Source: Spirochaetia bacterium (GTDB lineage Bacteria > Spirochaetota > Leptospiria > Turneriellales > JAOUOS01). From it: a DNA stretch of 64,000 nt. Both the position numbers and the translations under genes were made by a program. The stretch's first letter is position 1, and every line of letters begins with the position of its first letter. This document shows positions 17,868 through 26,821 of this stretch, piece by piece. The notes under the pieces are model-generated. The model had not been told where the DNA came from. It ran no database searches and was given only the letters and a program-made list of their open reading frames with translations. Location of the stretch: contig JAOUOS010000009.1 in NCBI GenBank assembly GCA_029880285.1, forward strand, positions 871 to 64,870. Reading direction: 5' to 3'.

Positions 17868-20800
17868 ATGAAAAAACGACTATTAATAATAGCGCTCATG
17901 TTCAGCGCTTTTATCTACATGGGTTGTCAAATAGAAGGTCTTGGAGAAATAACGGCGACCGACACTGGTAAAACTGAGTGCGGTAACGGTGTTTTAGATG
18001 CTGGCGAAGCTTGTGACTCTTTCGGCCAAAACACGACAACATGTAACGCTAATTGTACGGCGCCTGTTTGCGGCGACGGTCACGTAAATGACGCGGTTGG
18101 CGAAAAATGCGACGACGGCAACACTATTAATGAAGAAAATTGTGATTATGGTGAAGCTGAATGTACAAGATGTGGTTCACAATGTAAAGTCGAAATAAGT
18201 CTAACCGGCAGCTATTGCGGTGATGGTGTTTGGGATGAAGCCAATGGCGAGCAATGTGATGATGGCAACACATCATCAACCGATTCATGTACAGTTGAGT
18301 GCATAACAGTAATCCCAGATACACCTGTTTGCGGCGACGGTCAGATAACTGGTACTGAAGTGTGTGACGATGGTAACAATGTAAATGAAGAAAATTGTGA
18401 CTATGGCACTGCAACATGTGAAACTTGCAATGCTGATTGTTCGGCACCATTAAGTTTAACCGGCGAATACTGCGGCGACCTTATTTGTAATGGCCCTGAA
18501 GATAGCTCTTCATGCGTAACAGAGTGTCCCGTAAACTGCGGCAATGGAACTTTAGATGAGGGCGAAATTTGTGACGACGGCAATACTACAGAAGAAACTG
18601 AGTGCGCGTATGGCACATCTACATGTACTACTTGCAATAGCAATTGTACCGCCGAGCTAAATTTAACCGGTGACACATGCGGCGATGGAGTAACTAACGG
18701 CCCAGAAGTTTGTGACGATGGCAATACAGTAACAGAAACAAATGCAGACTGCCCTTACGGTACAACTTGTACAACTTTCTGTAACGACACTTGTAGCACA
18801 CAACTAACCTTAACTGGTGCTTCATGCGGCGATGGCACATGTGATTCTGCTGACGGCGAAACAACAGCTTCTTGTGCTGGCGACTGTCCTGCTGCAGGTG
18901 TATGTGGTGACGGTACCCAAGACACAGGCGAAGCTTGTGACGATGGTAACACTACCACTGAGGTTGCCTGCTCTTATGGTACTGCAACATGTGAAACTTG
19001 CAATGCTGATTGTTCTGCACCATTAAGTTTAACCGGCGAATACTGCGGCGATAGCGTATGTACAGCTAGCGCTGGTGAAGACAATGTGACTTGTGCGGTT
19101 GATTGCCCTGTAGTTTGCGGTAATAGTGTAGTTGAATCAGGTGAAGCTTGCGACGACGGTAATACAGCATCTAACGATGGTTGTTCATCAACATGCCAGT
19201 TTGATACTGATACGATGGGCCCAGCTTTTAGTAATATTTACTATACAGGTACAGGCTCTGGAACAAGCGGCGCCTTTGTTGCAGGCGATACTATTACAAT
19301 GTATGCTGATGTGACTGACTTTTCAGGAATTAGTTTTGTTAATTTGTATGTAATGGGTGCTGATTTTTCAAGTACTGCAGGGTATTGTACTGCTGCTTTA
19401 GTAAGCGGCAATACATATTCATGTACTCTAACTATTCCGGCGGGTTTTGTGCCAAATGGTACAGAAACGGTAGTTCCGTATGCAGAAGATACAAACTTTA
19501 CATATGAAGCATACGTCTATAACACTGCAAATTCGACAACTTACTATTCTACCGACGCTACTTATCTGGTAACAGATATAGGTTTAGTTTTTGTACCAAT
19601 GGAAGCGCCTCCTGCGCAGGTCTGTGGCAACGGTACAGTAGAAGGAACAGAAACATGTGACGACGGTAACACAACATCAAACGACGGCTGTTCAGCGGCT
19701 TGTCAGTTTGATACTGATACAACACCACCAACCTATAGTAATATTTATTACACAGGTACAGGCTCAGGTGCCGCAGGCGCTTTTTTACAAGGTGATTCAA
19801 TTACAATGTATGCCGATGTAACAGACTTTTCAGGCATTTCAAGTGTAACACTGTACATAGTTGATGCTGATATTATGAATATTGTTACTTCTTGTTCAGC
19901 CTCGCTGGTAAGCGGCAATACTTATTCATGCGCCATTACGGTCCCCGCGGGATACATACCAAACGGTACTGAACACATACTCCCATTTGCTAACGACACA
20001 TTCGGATATGCTGACTACTTGTATTACAATACGGCGATGTCGTCAACATATTATACATTGTGGAATGCTGGTACTGTAACAACAACACCAATAGTTTTTG
20101 TTCCAATGGATGTACCGGCACAAGTTTGCGGTGATGGCGTAGTTGCCGGCTCTGAACAATGTGACGATGGCAACACAACTGCTGGCGATGGATGCAATAG
20201 TACATGCCAAATGGAGTTTGCTGCTGGCGGGGCAATAGTACCGGGTAATGTTACCGGCAGTACAGCCTATGGTACTTCTGATTACACTACCTTTTTGCAC
20301 ACCAACACGGGCGAGTTTTTCACTTTTACAGCAAATGGTACAAGTTCATATGCTGTTTTATGGGATGACTCATATAGCGGCAGTGGTGCATATACTGGTG
20401 ATATTTTGATGATTGGTACCAACTCTGCAGGAACTCAAATAATCTATCAAGACAGTGGTTATCTCTATCCTGCGATTATTACGCCCATAGCTGGTACGGT
20501 CACTCTTGAGACAAACCCTTATTATAGCGCTGGTACGGTAGGTATTAATGTACTGCCCTATAATACAATCACGGTAAACGGCGGCTGGTATTCTTATAAC
20601 TTGCCTGTAACTTCCGGCAGTATATTAATTGCTTTTTCAGTTACTTCTGGCCAAACTTGTACCGTAAACTGGGATGACTCTTATGAAGGTACAGGGACCT
20701 ATAGTGGTGACATCTGGATGGCTGCTTATCAGGGCAACCCTGGTGCCACACCATATTTTAACTTGGTAGACTCAGGTTATTATACAGGACAAACATTTAC

Positions 20801-20885
20801 GGCAACTGCTACAGGTACTGTGTATCTTGAAGCAAATGCTAACTGGTCCTCTGGTTCACTGGGTGTTAGTGTAAGCTGCCCATAA
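17868..20885 (+). CDS. Cysteine-rich modular surface lipoprotein 3
   Basis: First 75 nt almost identical to gene 2. Many CGDG/CDDGN repeats, two Ig-like modules homologous to gene 1, two WDDSY-type C-terminal domains homologous to gene 2. Confidence 0.88.
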   Translation: MKKRLLIIALMFSAFIYMGCQIEGLGEITATDTGKTECGNGVLDAGEACDSFGQNTTTCNANCTAPVCGDGHVNDAVGEKCDDGNTINEENCDYGEAECTRCGSQCKVEISLTGSYCGDGVWDEANGEQCDDGNTSSTDSCTVECITVIPDTPVCGDGQITGTEVCDDGNNVNEENCDYGTATCETCNADCSAPLSLTGEYCGDLICNGPEDSSSCVTECPVNCGNGTLDEGEICDDGNTTEETECAYGTSTCTTCNSNCTAELNLTGDTCGDGVTNGPEVCDDGNTVTETNADCPYGTTCTTFCNDTCSTQLTLTGASCGDGTCDSADGETTASCAGDCPAAGVCGDGTQDTGEACDDGNTTTEVACSYGTATCETCNADCSAPLSLTGEYCGDSVCTASAGEDNVTCAVDCPVVCGNSVVESGEACDDGNTASNDGCSSTCQFDTDTMGPAFSNIYYTGTGSGTSGAFVAGDTITMYADVTDFSGISFVNLYVMGADFSSTAGYCTAALVSGNTYSCTLTIPAGFVPNGTETVVPYAEDTNFTYEAYVYNTANSTTYYSTDATYLVTDIGLVFVPMEAPPAQVCGNGTVEGTETCDDGNTTSNDGCSAACQFDTDTTPPTYSNIYYTGTGSGAAGAFLQGDSITMYADVTDFSGISSVTLYIVDADIMNIVTSCSASLVSGNTYSCAITVPAGYIPNGTEHILPFANDTFGYADYLYYNTAMSSTYYTLWNAGTVTTTPIVFVPMDVPAQVCGDGVVAGSEQCDDGNTTAGDGCNSTCQMEFAAGGAIVPGNVTGSTAYGTSDYTTFLHTNTGEFFTFTANGTSSYAVLWDDSYSGSGAYTGDILMIGTNSAGTQIIYQDSGYLYPAIITPIAGTVTLETNPYYSAGTVGINVLPYNTITVNGGWYSYNLPVTSGSILIAFSVTSGQTCTVNWDDSYEGTGTYSGDIWMAAYQGNPGATPYFNLVDSGYYTGQTFTATATGTVYLEANANWSSGSLGVSVSCP

Positions 20886-20911
20886 CAAAAATATATAAAT
20901 AAAGAAAACCT

Positions 20912-20940
20912 AAAAAAGCCGGCTTATGCCGGCTTTTTTT
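20912..20940 (+). terminator. Rho-independent terminator of lipoprotein 3
   Basis: AAAAAAGCCGGC-TTAT-GCCGGCTTTTTTT. Confidence 0.92.
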
Positions 20941-21101
20941 ATTTTTACCCGAGAAAAGGAAGATTTAAAGCAAAAGTTAGAAAAAATAAATTTAGAAAAT
21001 ATTCAACTTCTTTTATTTTAATTTTGTTTCAAATACCGTTTTTATTATATTCTCAATTGCATTACCCTTATCGCAATGTAAAATATGCTCGATATTTTGT
21101 C

Positions 21102-21389
21102 TTACCTCTTTAGTAACTGCCAATATTCTCTGGGACTTACAATTTTGCATGATTTATATTTCTTAATATTTTGGAAAGCTTTATCACCAGTAACAATATA
21201 ATTTGCTTCAATAAATTCAGCCAATTGTAGAATTTTGTTGTCATCTACATCTGAACATATATTTGGAATATTATTTATAGGTTCAACAAATATTAAATTG
21301 TTTTTAATTAAATTTATTTTGTTTTCAATAATATTTTCTGGTATTTCAAGTTTTTGATCTAAAACGGTTTTATACTCAAGAAGTATAAA
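21102..21389 (-). pseudogene. 5'-truncated PIN-domain toxin (putative TA toxin family)
   Basis: Manual translation ...ICSDVDDNKILQLAEFIEANYIVTGDKAFQNIKKYKSCKIVSPREYWQLLKR*. No start codon, no N-terminal DTNV motif, in-frame TAG upstream. Confidence 0.8.
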
Positions 21390-21436
21390 AGCTCGAGATT
21401 TTCCGGTAACACGATTTATTGCTATTTTATTCTAAC

Positions 21437-21485
21437 AGATTCCCGTTGGAATTTATGCCGCACTATGATGCGGTACGGGAATGAC
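21437..21485 (-). repeat. REP/MITE-like palindromic element, uninterrupted copy
   Basis: Minus strand GTCATTCCCGTACCGCATCATAGTGCGGCATAAATTCCAACGGGAATCT aligns to 17395-17463 without the nested hairpin. Confidence 0.75.
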
Positions 21486-21635
21486 ACTGAAAATCACAGT
21501 TTATCTAAATTTATATTATTGCCAAATAAATCTAAAATTATAAGTGAGATGTCCATCCCGACCACCAGTAACATTTGCATAAATTATAACTATTTTGCTT
21601 GTAAACTTATCTTATATTTTATATTATTATAATAT

Positions 21636-22502
21636 ATGATAAAAAATATTATAATATTGAATTTTTTATATTTTATTTTTTTTCTTCCTCTATATTCTAC
21701 TGAAAAAAATAATCAAAATAAAACGGGTGATGTATATCTAGAAATAGAAACAAAATCTGAAGTTGTCTTAAAAGGCCGTCTTCTTGAAGAAACATCAGAA
21801 TATATAATTATTGTAACAATTGATGAACTTGAATTTAAAATATTAAAAAAGAATATAACAAGAAAAACAATCATAAATGAATCGCAAGTTTCAAAAGACA
21901 GCTATCACAAAGATCCTAATTATTCGCGGCTAATGTTTACGCCTACCGCCAGACCCCTTAAGGCCGGTGATGGTTATATTTATGACTACGAAATTTTATT
22001 CCCAGGCATTTCATATGGTATTACAGATAACATAGGCGTTATGACAGGATTTTCAATTTTGCCGGGATTAGGCCTTGACGAACAGTTATTTTATATCGCG
22101 CCAAAAATTGGCTATGAATTTTCTGATAAATTATCTACGGCGGGTGGTATACTATACGCGACGGTGCCCGAAGAGGGTTCATTGGGCATTTTATATTCTG
22201 TTACAACTTATGGCACTTATGACGCTCACCTGACAATAGGAGTAGGATTTGGTTTCGTCAATAAAGAATTTTCTAAAGATCCTATTTTTGTTTTTGGCGG
22301 CAATTTAAGATTAACAAAAAGCATTGCTCTAGTAAGCGAAAACTGGATGCATCCACAGCTATCTATTAATCAAACGCCTTTTGCCATAGCTGTACGATTT
22401 TTTGGCCAAAATATCGCCGTAGACGCAGGATTTATTATTATAGGAGAAGTCATAAAAATGGGTTTTCCTATGCCATGGTTATCATTTATTTATAATTTTT
22501 AA
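21636..22502 (+). CDS. Hypothetical exported, probably outer-membrane beta-barrel protein
   Basis: Signal peptide, Gly/aromatic-rich strands, C-terminal YNF. Confidence 0.65.
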   Translation: MIKNIIILNFLYFIFFLPLYSTEKNNQNKTGDVYLEIETKSEVVLKGRLLEETSEYIIIVTIDELEFKILKKNITRKTIINESQVSKDSYHKDPNYSRLMFTPTARPLKAGDGYIYDYEILFPGISYGITDNIGVMTGFSILPGLGLDEQLFYIAPKIGYEFSDKLSTAGGILYATVPEEGSLGILYSVTTYGTYDAHLTIGVGFGFVNKEFSKDPIFVFGGNLRLTKSIALVSENWMHPQLSINQTPFAIAVRFFGQNIAVDAGFIIIGEVIKMGFPMPWLSFIYNF

Positions 22503-23866
22503 ACCTCAAGATCACTAATTTCTTTTGGGGCCTCATGTGTAATTATTTCATGTTTTCCGTTTTGCATAATTACATCATCTTCAATTCTAATGCCTATGCC
22601 CCTAAATTCTTCTGGCAAAAAATCGTATTCATGCGGCATGTAAATCCCCGGTTCTATAGTAAAAACCATGCCGTTTTCAAGGGGCCGTGGTTTATGATTA
22701 ATGTACCGTGACCCTGCATCGTGAACATCAAGCCCTAAATAATGAGATGTATTGTGCATATAATATGTTTTATAATATTCTTTTTTTATAATTTCTTCTT
22801 TTGAGCTTGAAGATTTCATTTCTGTTTTTTCGTTTTTTATAAATAAAAACTTTTTAAAAAAACCAAGTTCAAAAAGTCCATCCACAATAGTATTTAAAGC
22901 CGCGTCATGTATACCATCTAAGGTATTATTTATGTAGCACTTTTCAAAAGCTTTTTTTTGCGCGGTTAATACAATTTCATAAAGAATTTTTTGAGCCTCG
23001 GTAAATTTACCGCCAGCGGGAAAAGTTCGCGAAATATCAGAAGCGTACCCTTCGTATTCACATCCGGCGTCTACAAGTACTAAATCTTGCGCGCTAACTT
23101 TTGAAGTTAAATTGGTGTAATGTAAAACTGTGGCATTATTACCGGCGGCAATTATACTAGGATACGCAAGACTTGTTAGGGCGTTTTTTGAAAATTCCCA
23201 TTCAATATATGATTTTAATTCAAATTCAAAAAGTTCTTTTTTATTTACATTTTCGCGGCAGTACTTTATTAAATTCTCGTGCGCCTTTGCCGATATCTCT
23301 GCCGCTTTTTTCATTAGCTTTATTTCTTCAGGGGTTTTTATAATTCGCATTTCATGAAGTATTTCTTGCGGATGAATAATTCTGGTGGGAGCAAAATCTC
23401 CTTTTTTTAAATTATTTTTTATATTATTTATAGTCTCTGTAATTTTAACGTCAATTTGGCCGTCTTTACCTAAAGAAAAATAGACTGTTTCTTTGTTTTT
23501 TAAAAGTTCTTTTAATTTAGCCCATATTTTTTCATAAGGATGTATATTTTTTTCAATGTCAATATTTATATTTTTAGATATATTTTCAAAAGTAACCCCC
23601 CGGCCCTCCCATCGTGTTTTTTCTGCGTTAGATTCAGAAAGAAAAATATGCGTACCTTCTTTTGAATCTATGTATATGGCAAATTCAGGAGTATTTATAC
23701 CCGTAAGATATAAAATATCTGAGTTTGTTCTATAGCTGTAATGAACTCCCGAATTTCTTTCTTTTTTTCCCGAAGAAAATAATACCATGGCCGAATCTGG
23801 CGCCATTTTTTTTCTTGCCTGTTTTATTCTATTTGAATAATATTCTGACGATAAATATGAGCTCAT
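22499..23866 (-). CDS. pepP: Xaa-Pro aminopeptidase
   Basis: LVDAGCEYEGYASDISRTF, HYLGLDVHD, TIEPGIY, GIRIEDDV. Confidence 0.95.
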   Translation of the reverse strand: MSSYLSSEYYSNRIKQARKKMAPDSAMVLFSSGKKERNSGVHYSYRTNSDILYLTGINTPEFAIYIDSKEGTHIFLSESNAEKTRWEGRGVTFENISKNINIDIEKNIHPYEKIWAKLKELLKNKETVYFSLGKDGQIDVKITETINNIKNNLKKGDFAPTRIIHPQEILHEMRIIKTPEEIKLMKKAAEISAKAHENLIKYCRENVNKKELFEFELKSYIEWEFSKNALTSLAYPSIIAAGNNATVLHYTNLTSKVSAQDLVLVDAGCEYEGYASDISRTFPAGGKFTEAQKILYEIVLTAQKKAFEKCYINNTLDGIHDAALNTIVDGLFELGFFKKFLFIKNEKTEMKSSSSKEEIIKKEYYKTYYMHNTSHYLGLDVHDAGSRYINHKPRPLENGMVFTIEPGIYMPHEYDFLPEEFRGIGIRIEDDVIMQNGKHEIITHEAPKEISDLEV

Positions 23867-23875
23867 AAATATATA

Positions 23876-24967
23876 CTAATTTTTTCTCTTTTTTATTTTT
23901 TGCTGTATTGTCAAAAGTTTCATTTGCATAGAAGCTTCTTCAAGATACAGGTACTTATCAATTAAAAAAATAGCTTTGTTATATTTTTTAAAATAATAAT
24001 ATAATATTACAAGAGCCTCTGGCAAAGCCTTTGAAAGCCCTTTTTTATAAGCTTTTCTAAAATATTTATATGACTGAATATAATTTTTTTTCTTTTTGTA
24101 AGCTTTAGCCATATAATACATATCTTCGGCATCTACATTTGCCATACCTGAAATATTTTTAATAATAAAATCGGGATCTGTTTTTTTATTCTTTAAACGG
24201 TATATTTTATATTTATATTTTTTATTTTTATCTATATCTGTAAAAGATTCATTTATGGCACTATTTATTTTTAAGGCAAGGGCCGCCATAGAAGCAATAT
24301 CTGTTTGATTATGTAAAAATAATTTTTTTAATAAAGTATCATCATTTTTTTTCTGGTATTCAAAATATGCCTGCCCTGCCATAGAACCGGGCAAATCATC
24401 TTGTCTTATCATTTCTAACACTGAATTTTCGTAATCAATTAAACGAGAACGCTTTTGCGGATATATTTTTCTAAGTATATGATACAAATCGAAATGTTCT
24501 AAAAAATGATTGGGAAATTTTTTTAAGAATAGCTGATACCTGCTTTTAATAAGCGGAATATCAAACGATTTGCCGTTAAAAGTAACCAGATAATTAAAGT
24601 TTTGCCAAATATTATCTAAAAAAGAAAGCATCGCGTTTTCATGTGCCATATTTTTTAAAAATATCTGTTCTAAATGAAAACCATCTTCTTTAAAATAACC
24701 AAGGCCCAACAAAAACGGAATGTTCGACGCCGTAAAACTTAAATTTACGCATTCAACATCAAAAAATAATATTTTCTTTGAATCATATTCGTTTTGGGCC
24801 AAAAAATTAATTTTTTTTTTAGCCTTTAAAATTAATTTATAATTTAACGGATGTTTTTTAAAAAATAATTCTGCATGCTCTATTTTTTTTTCGCCGGTTT
24901 GTATTATCTTTTCTTTTTTTTTAGAATTAAAGTAAATGCTCAGTTTTTTTGAAGTGTTAGAAACCAT
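23876..24967 (-). CDS. YprB-like RNase H-fold exonuclease with C-terminal TPR
   Basis: FFDVEC, VTFNGKSFDIP, HFDL, HNQTD. Confidence 0.8.
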   Translation of the reverse strand: MVSNTSKKLSIYFNSKKKEKIIQTGEKKIEHAELFFKKHPLNYKLILKAKKKINFLAQNEYDSKKILFFDVECVNLSFTASNIPFLLGLGYFKEDGFHLEQIFLKNMAHENAMLSFLDNIWQNFNYLVTFNGKSFDIPLIKSRYQLFLKKFPNHFLEHFDLYHILRKIYPQKRSRLIDYENSVLEMIRQDDLPGSMAGQAYFEYQKKNDDTLLKKLFLHNQTDIASMAALALKINSAINESFTDIDKNKKYKYKIYRLKNKKTDPDFIIKNISGMANVDAEDMYYMAKAYKKKKNYIQSYKYFRKAYKKGLSKALPEALVILYYYFKKYNKAIFLIDKYLYLEEASMQMKLLTIQQKIKKRKN

Positions 24968-26388
24968 TACTCTAAAGGATACTTTTCTTTAGCGATACTT
25001 AGCAAATTTAATAAATCTCTCGAAAGAGTATCTTTTAAACCTTCGTCCATTATCTGAAGCAGTATAATTTTAAGTTCACTTTGTTTAATACTTGTAGTAT
25101 CTTTATTTTCATAAAGAGTAATCAACTGAGAATACATCTGCTGGGCCGTATGCGCGTTTAAGCCCCGTGCCTGGGTCTGCTTTAAAATATTTTGTATTGC
25201 TTTTAATATTTCGCTATAAGCTTCTGTTTCTTGCTTTACTTTTTTAATAATATCAACAGACACTTTATAATTTTTTGAGAGCTGATTAAAAACTTCCTGC
25301 CAATTCACCTGCTCATGCCTTAGTACCTTATTAATATGATTATTTAAATTTAATGTTAGTTTATGCACAGGCGAAAGAGTTGAATACCATTTTTGATATC
25401 CCTCGCTGTCTTTTACTTTCATATACTTTGAAACTGTACTGCCTAAAGAAACATAATGCTTTAACAAAGTCTGCCGTGGAATTTTTAACAGATCATTATT
25501 TTGCTCTGTATTGACAGTAGTTTCTTTTTTTAGGACAAGCGGCCTTGAATGCTGAAATTCCGCGCCTTCTTTTTCAATTAATATCTGCCCTGGTAGTCTT
25601 GTGTCTTTTGGCTTTTGAGGTTCTTCTGGTATTATTTTTTCTTCAAGCGCCGCGGCTTCTAATTTATTTTCTTGAGCAACATCTTTAGATAACTCAACAT
25701 TCAATTCAAATTCTTCTTTATTTTCCCGTTCAAGTTTTAAAGGCGGCGCTAAGTTAAATAATTTTTCATACCCGTCTAAAAGTATACTTCCCGGTATGAG
25801 AATAGATTTGTTTTCTTCAATTATCGGTGCTGCTTTTTCGTTATTTGCATATTGATTTTGATTATTATTTGTTGCATTGTTCGAATGTACTTGACTATAA
25901 TTCTCTTGAGGTTCATTTATATCTTCTTCTGCATCTTGTACTTCTATTTTTATTTTAAGAGGTGCCGCTTTCATGAATAAAGTACCATAAGCCTCTAGAA
26001 AACTGTTTGACACAGCTCTAAAAGGATTATCAAATTTATCTTTCGCTTTAGGCAGTTCGGTTTGATACAGTTTGGCTTTTGTTTTTTCAAGAGAAGATAG
26101 AAAATAACGGCCTAGAAAAGAACTAAAACGTGCTTCATCAGATTCTCCTATGTATTCGGCTAATAAATTTAATTTTTCAAGGTAGTCTTCAAGTTTTGTA
26201 AAGTTTTTATCGGTAAATGCTTTTAACGTGTTAATCTTATTTTGTGTAACCGCCGGTTCTGCGTGTAAAACTTGTGTCATGTAATGAGATAAAAGCTGAC
26301 GCATTGTAAAAAAATAAGACATTGATTCGCCATAAGTTGAAAACCCATAGCTGCCATTATCTTTTTTTATTACAATATCTTTAATCAT
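24967..26388 (-). CDS. Hypothetical protein
   Basis: 473-aa ORF in operon with aroB/aroQ, no recognised motif. Confidence 0.8.
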   Translation of the reverse strand: MIKDIVIKKDNGSYGFSTYGESMSYFFTMRQLLSHYMTQVLHAEPAVTQNKINTLKAFTDKNFTKLEDYLEKLNLLAEYIGESDEARFSSFLGRYFLSSLEKTKAKLYQTELPKAKDKFDNPFRAVSNSFLEAYGTLFMKAAPLKIKIEVQDAEEDINEPQENYSQVHSNNATNNNQNQYANNEKAAPIIEENKSILIPGSILLDGYEKLFNLAPPLKLERENKEEFELNVELSKDVAQENKLEAAALEEKIIPEEPQKPKDTRLPGQILIEKEGAEFQHSRPLVLKKETTVNTEQNNDLLKIPRQTLLKHYVSLGSTVSKYMKVKDSEGYQKWYSTLSPVHKLTLNLNNHINKVLRHEQVNWQEVFNQLSKNYKVSVDIIKKVKQETEAYSEILKAIQNILKQTQARGLNAHTAQQMYSQLITLYENKDTTSIKQSELKIILLQIMDEGLKDTLSRDLLNLLSIAKEKYPLE

Positions 26389-26392
26389 AAAT

Positions 26393-26821
26393 CTACATAT
26401 TATCTTTAAAATAATTTAGAGCCAACAGATACCCTTTCATACCAAGACCGGCTATTATTCCCTCTGCTATATCGCTAAAATAAGATTTTTTTCTGAACTC
26501 TTCTCTAGCGTATATATTTGATATATGTACTTCAATAAAAGGAATTTTAACCGAAAGTACAGCGTCTCTTATCGCGAGGCTTGTGTGAGTAAAAGCTCCT
26601 GGGTTAAAAATAAAAGCATTTATTTTTTCTTTTGGCAAATTTTGAATATAGTCAATTAAATTTCCTTCATGGTTGCTTTGCATAAAAGAAAGCTGAACAT
26701 CACTGCCCGCTTCTTTTGTTAATTTTTTTTCAAGCTCTTCAAGAGTAAAAGCGCCATAATGCTCTTTTTCTCTAATGCCCAACATATTTAAATTGGGGCC
26801 GTTTATAACCGCTATTTTCAT
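26393..26821 (-). CDS. aroQ: Type II 3-dehydroquinate dehydratase
   Basis: NGPNLNMLGIRE, QSNHEG, NPGAFTHTS, EVHISNIYAREEFR. Confidence 0.97.
   Translation of the reverse strand: MKIAVINGPNLNMLGIREKEHYGAFTLEELEKKLTKEAGSDVQLSFMQSNHEGNLIDYIQNLPKEKINAFIFNPGAFTHTSLAIRDAVLSVKIPFIEVHISNIYAREEFRKKSYFSDIAEGIIAGLGMKGYLLALNYFKDNM

Noticed and set aside
12267-20300. Many short antisense and alternate-frame ORFs over the Cys-rich genes (recurrent MPSSQTS... peptides)
   Set aside because: Shadows of the repeated CDDGN codons in locally GC-richer DNA, with no SD or independent motifs
12400-20885. Diversity-generating retroelement acting on the variable modules
   Set aside because: No reverse transcriptase and no non-coding template repeat in the window. 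Differences between copies are not confined to adenines. A remote DGR cannot be excluded.
12400-20885. Higher GC of the lipoprotein genes as proof of recent horizontal transfer
   Set aside because: Largely explained by Cys/Gly/Thr/Ala/Asp-rich composition. Third codon positions still look A/T-rich.
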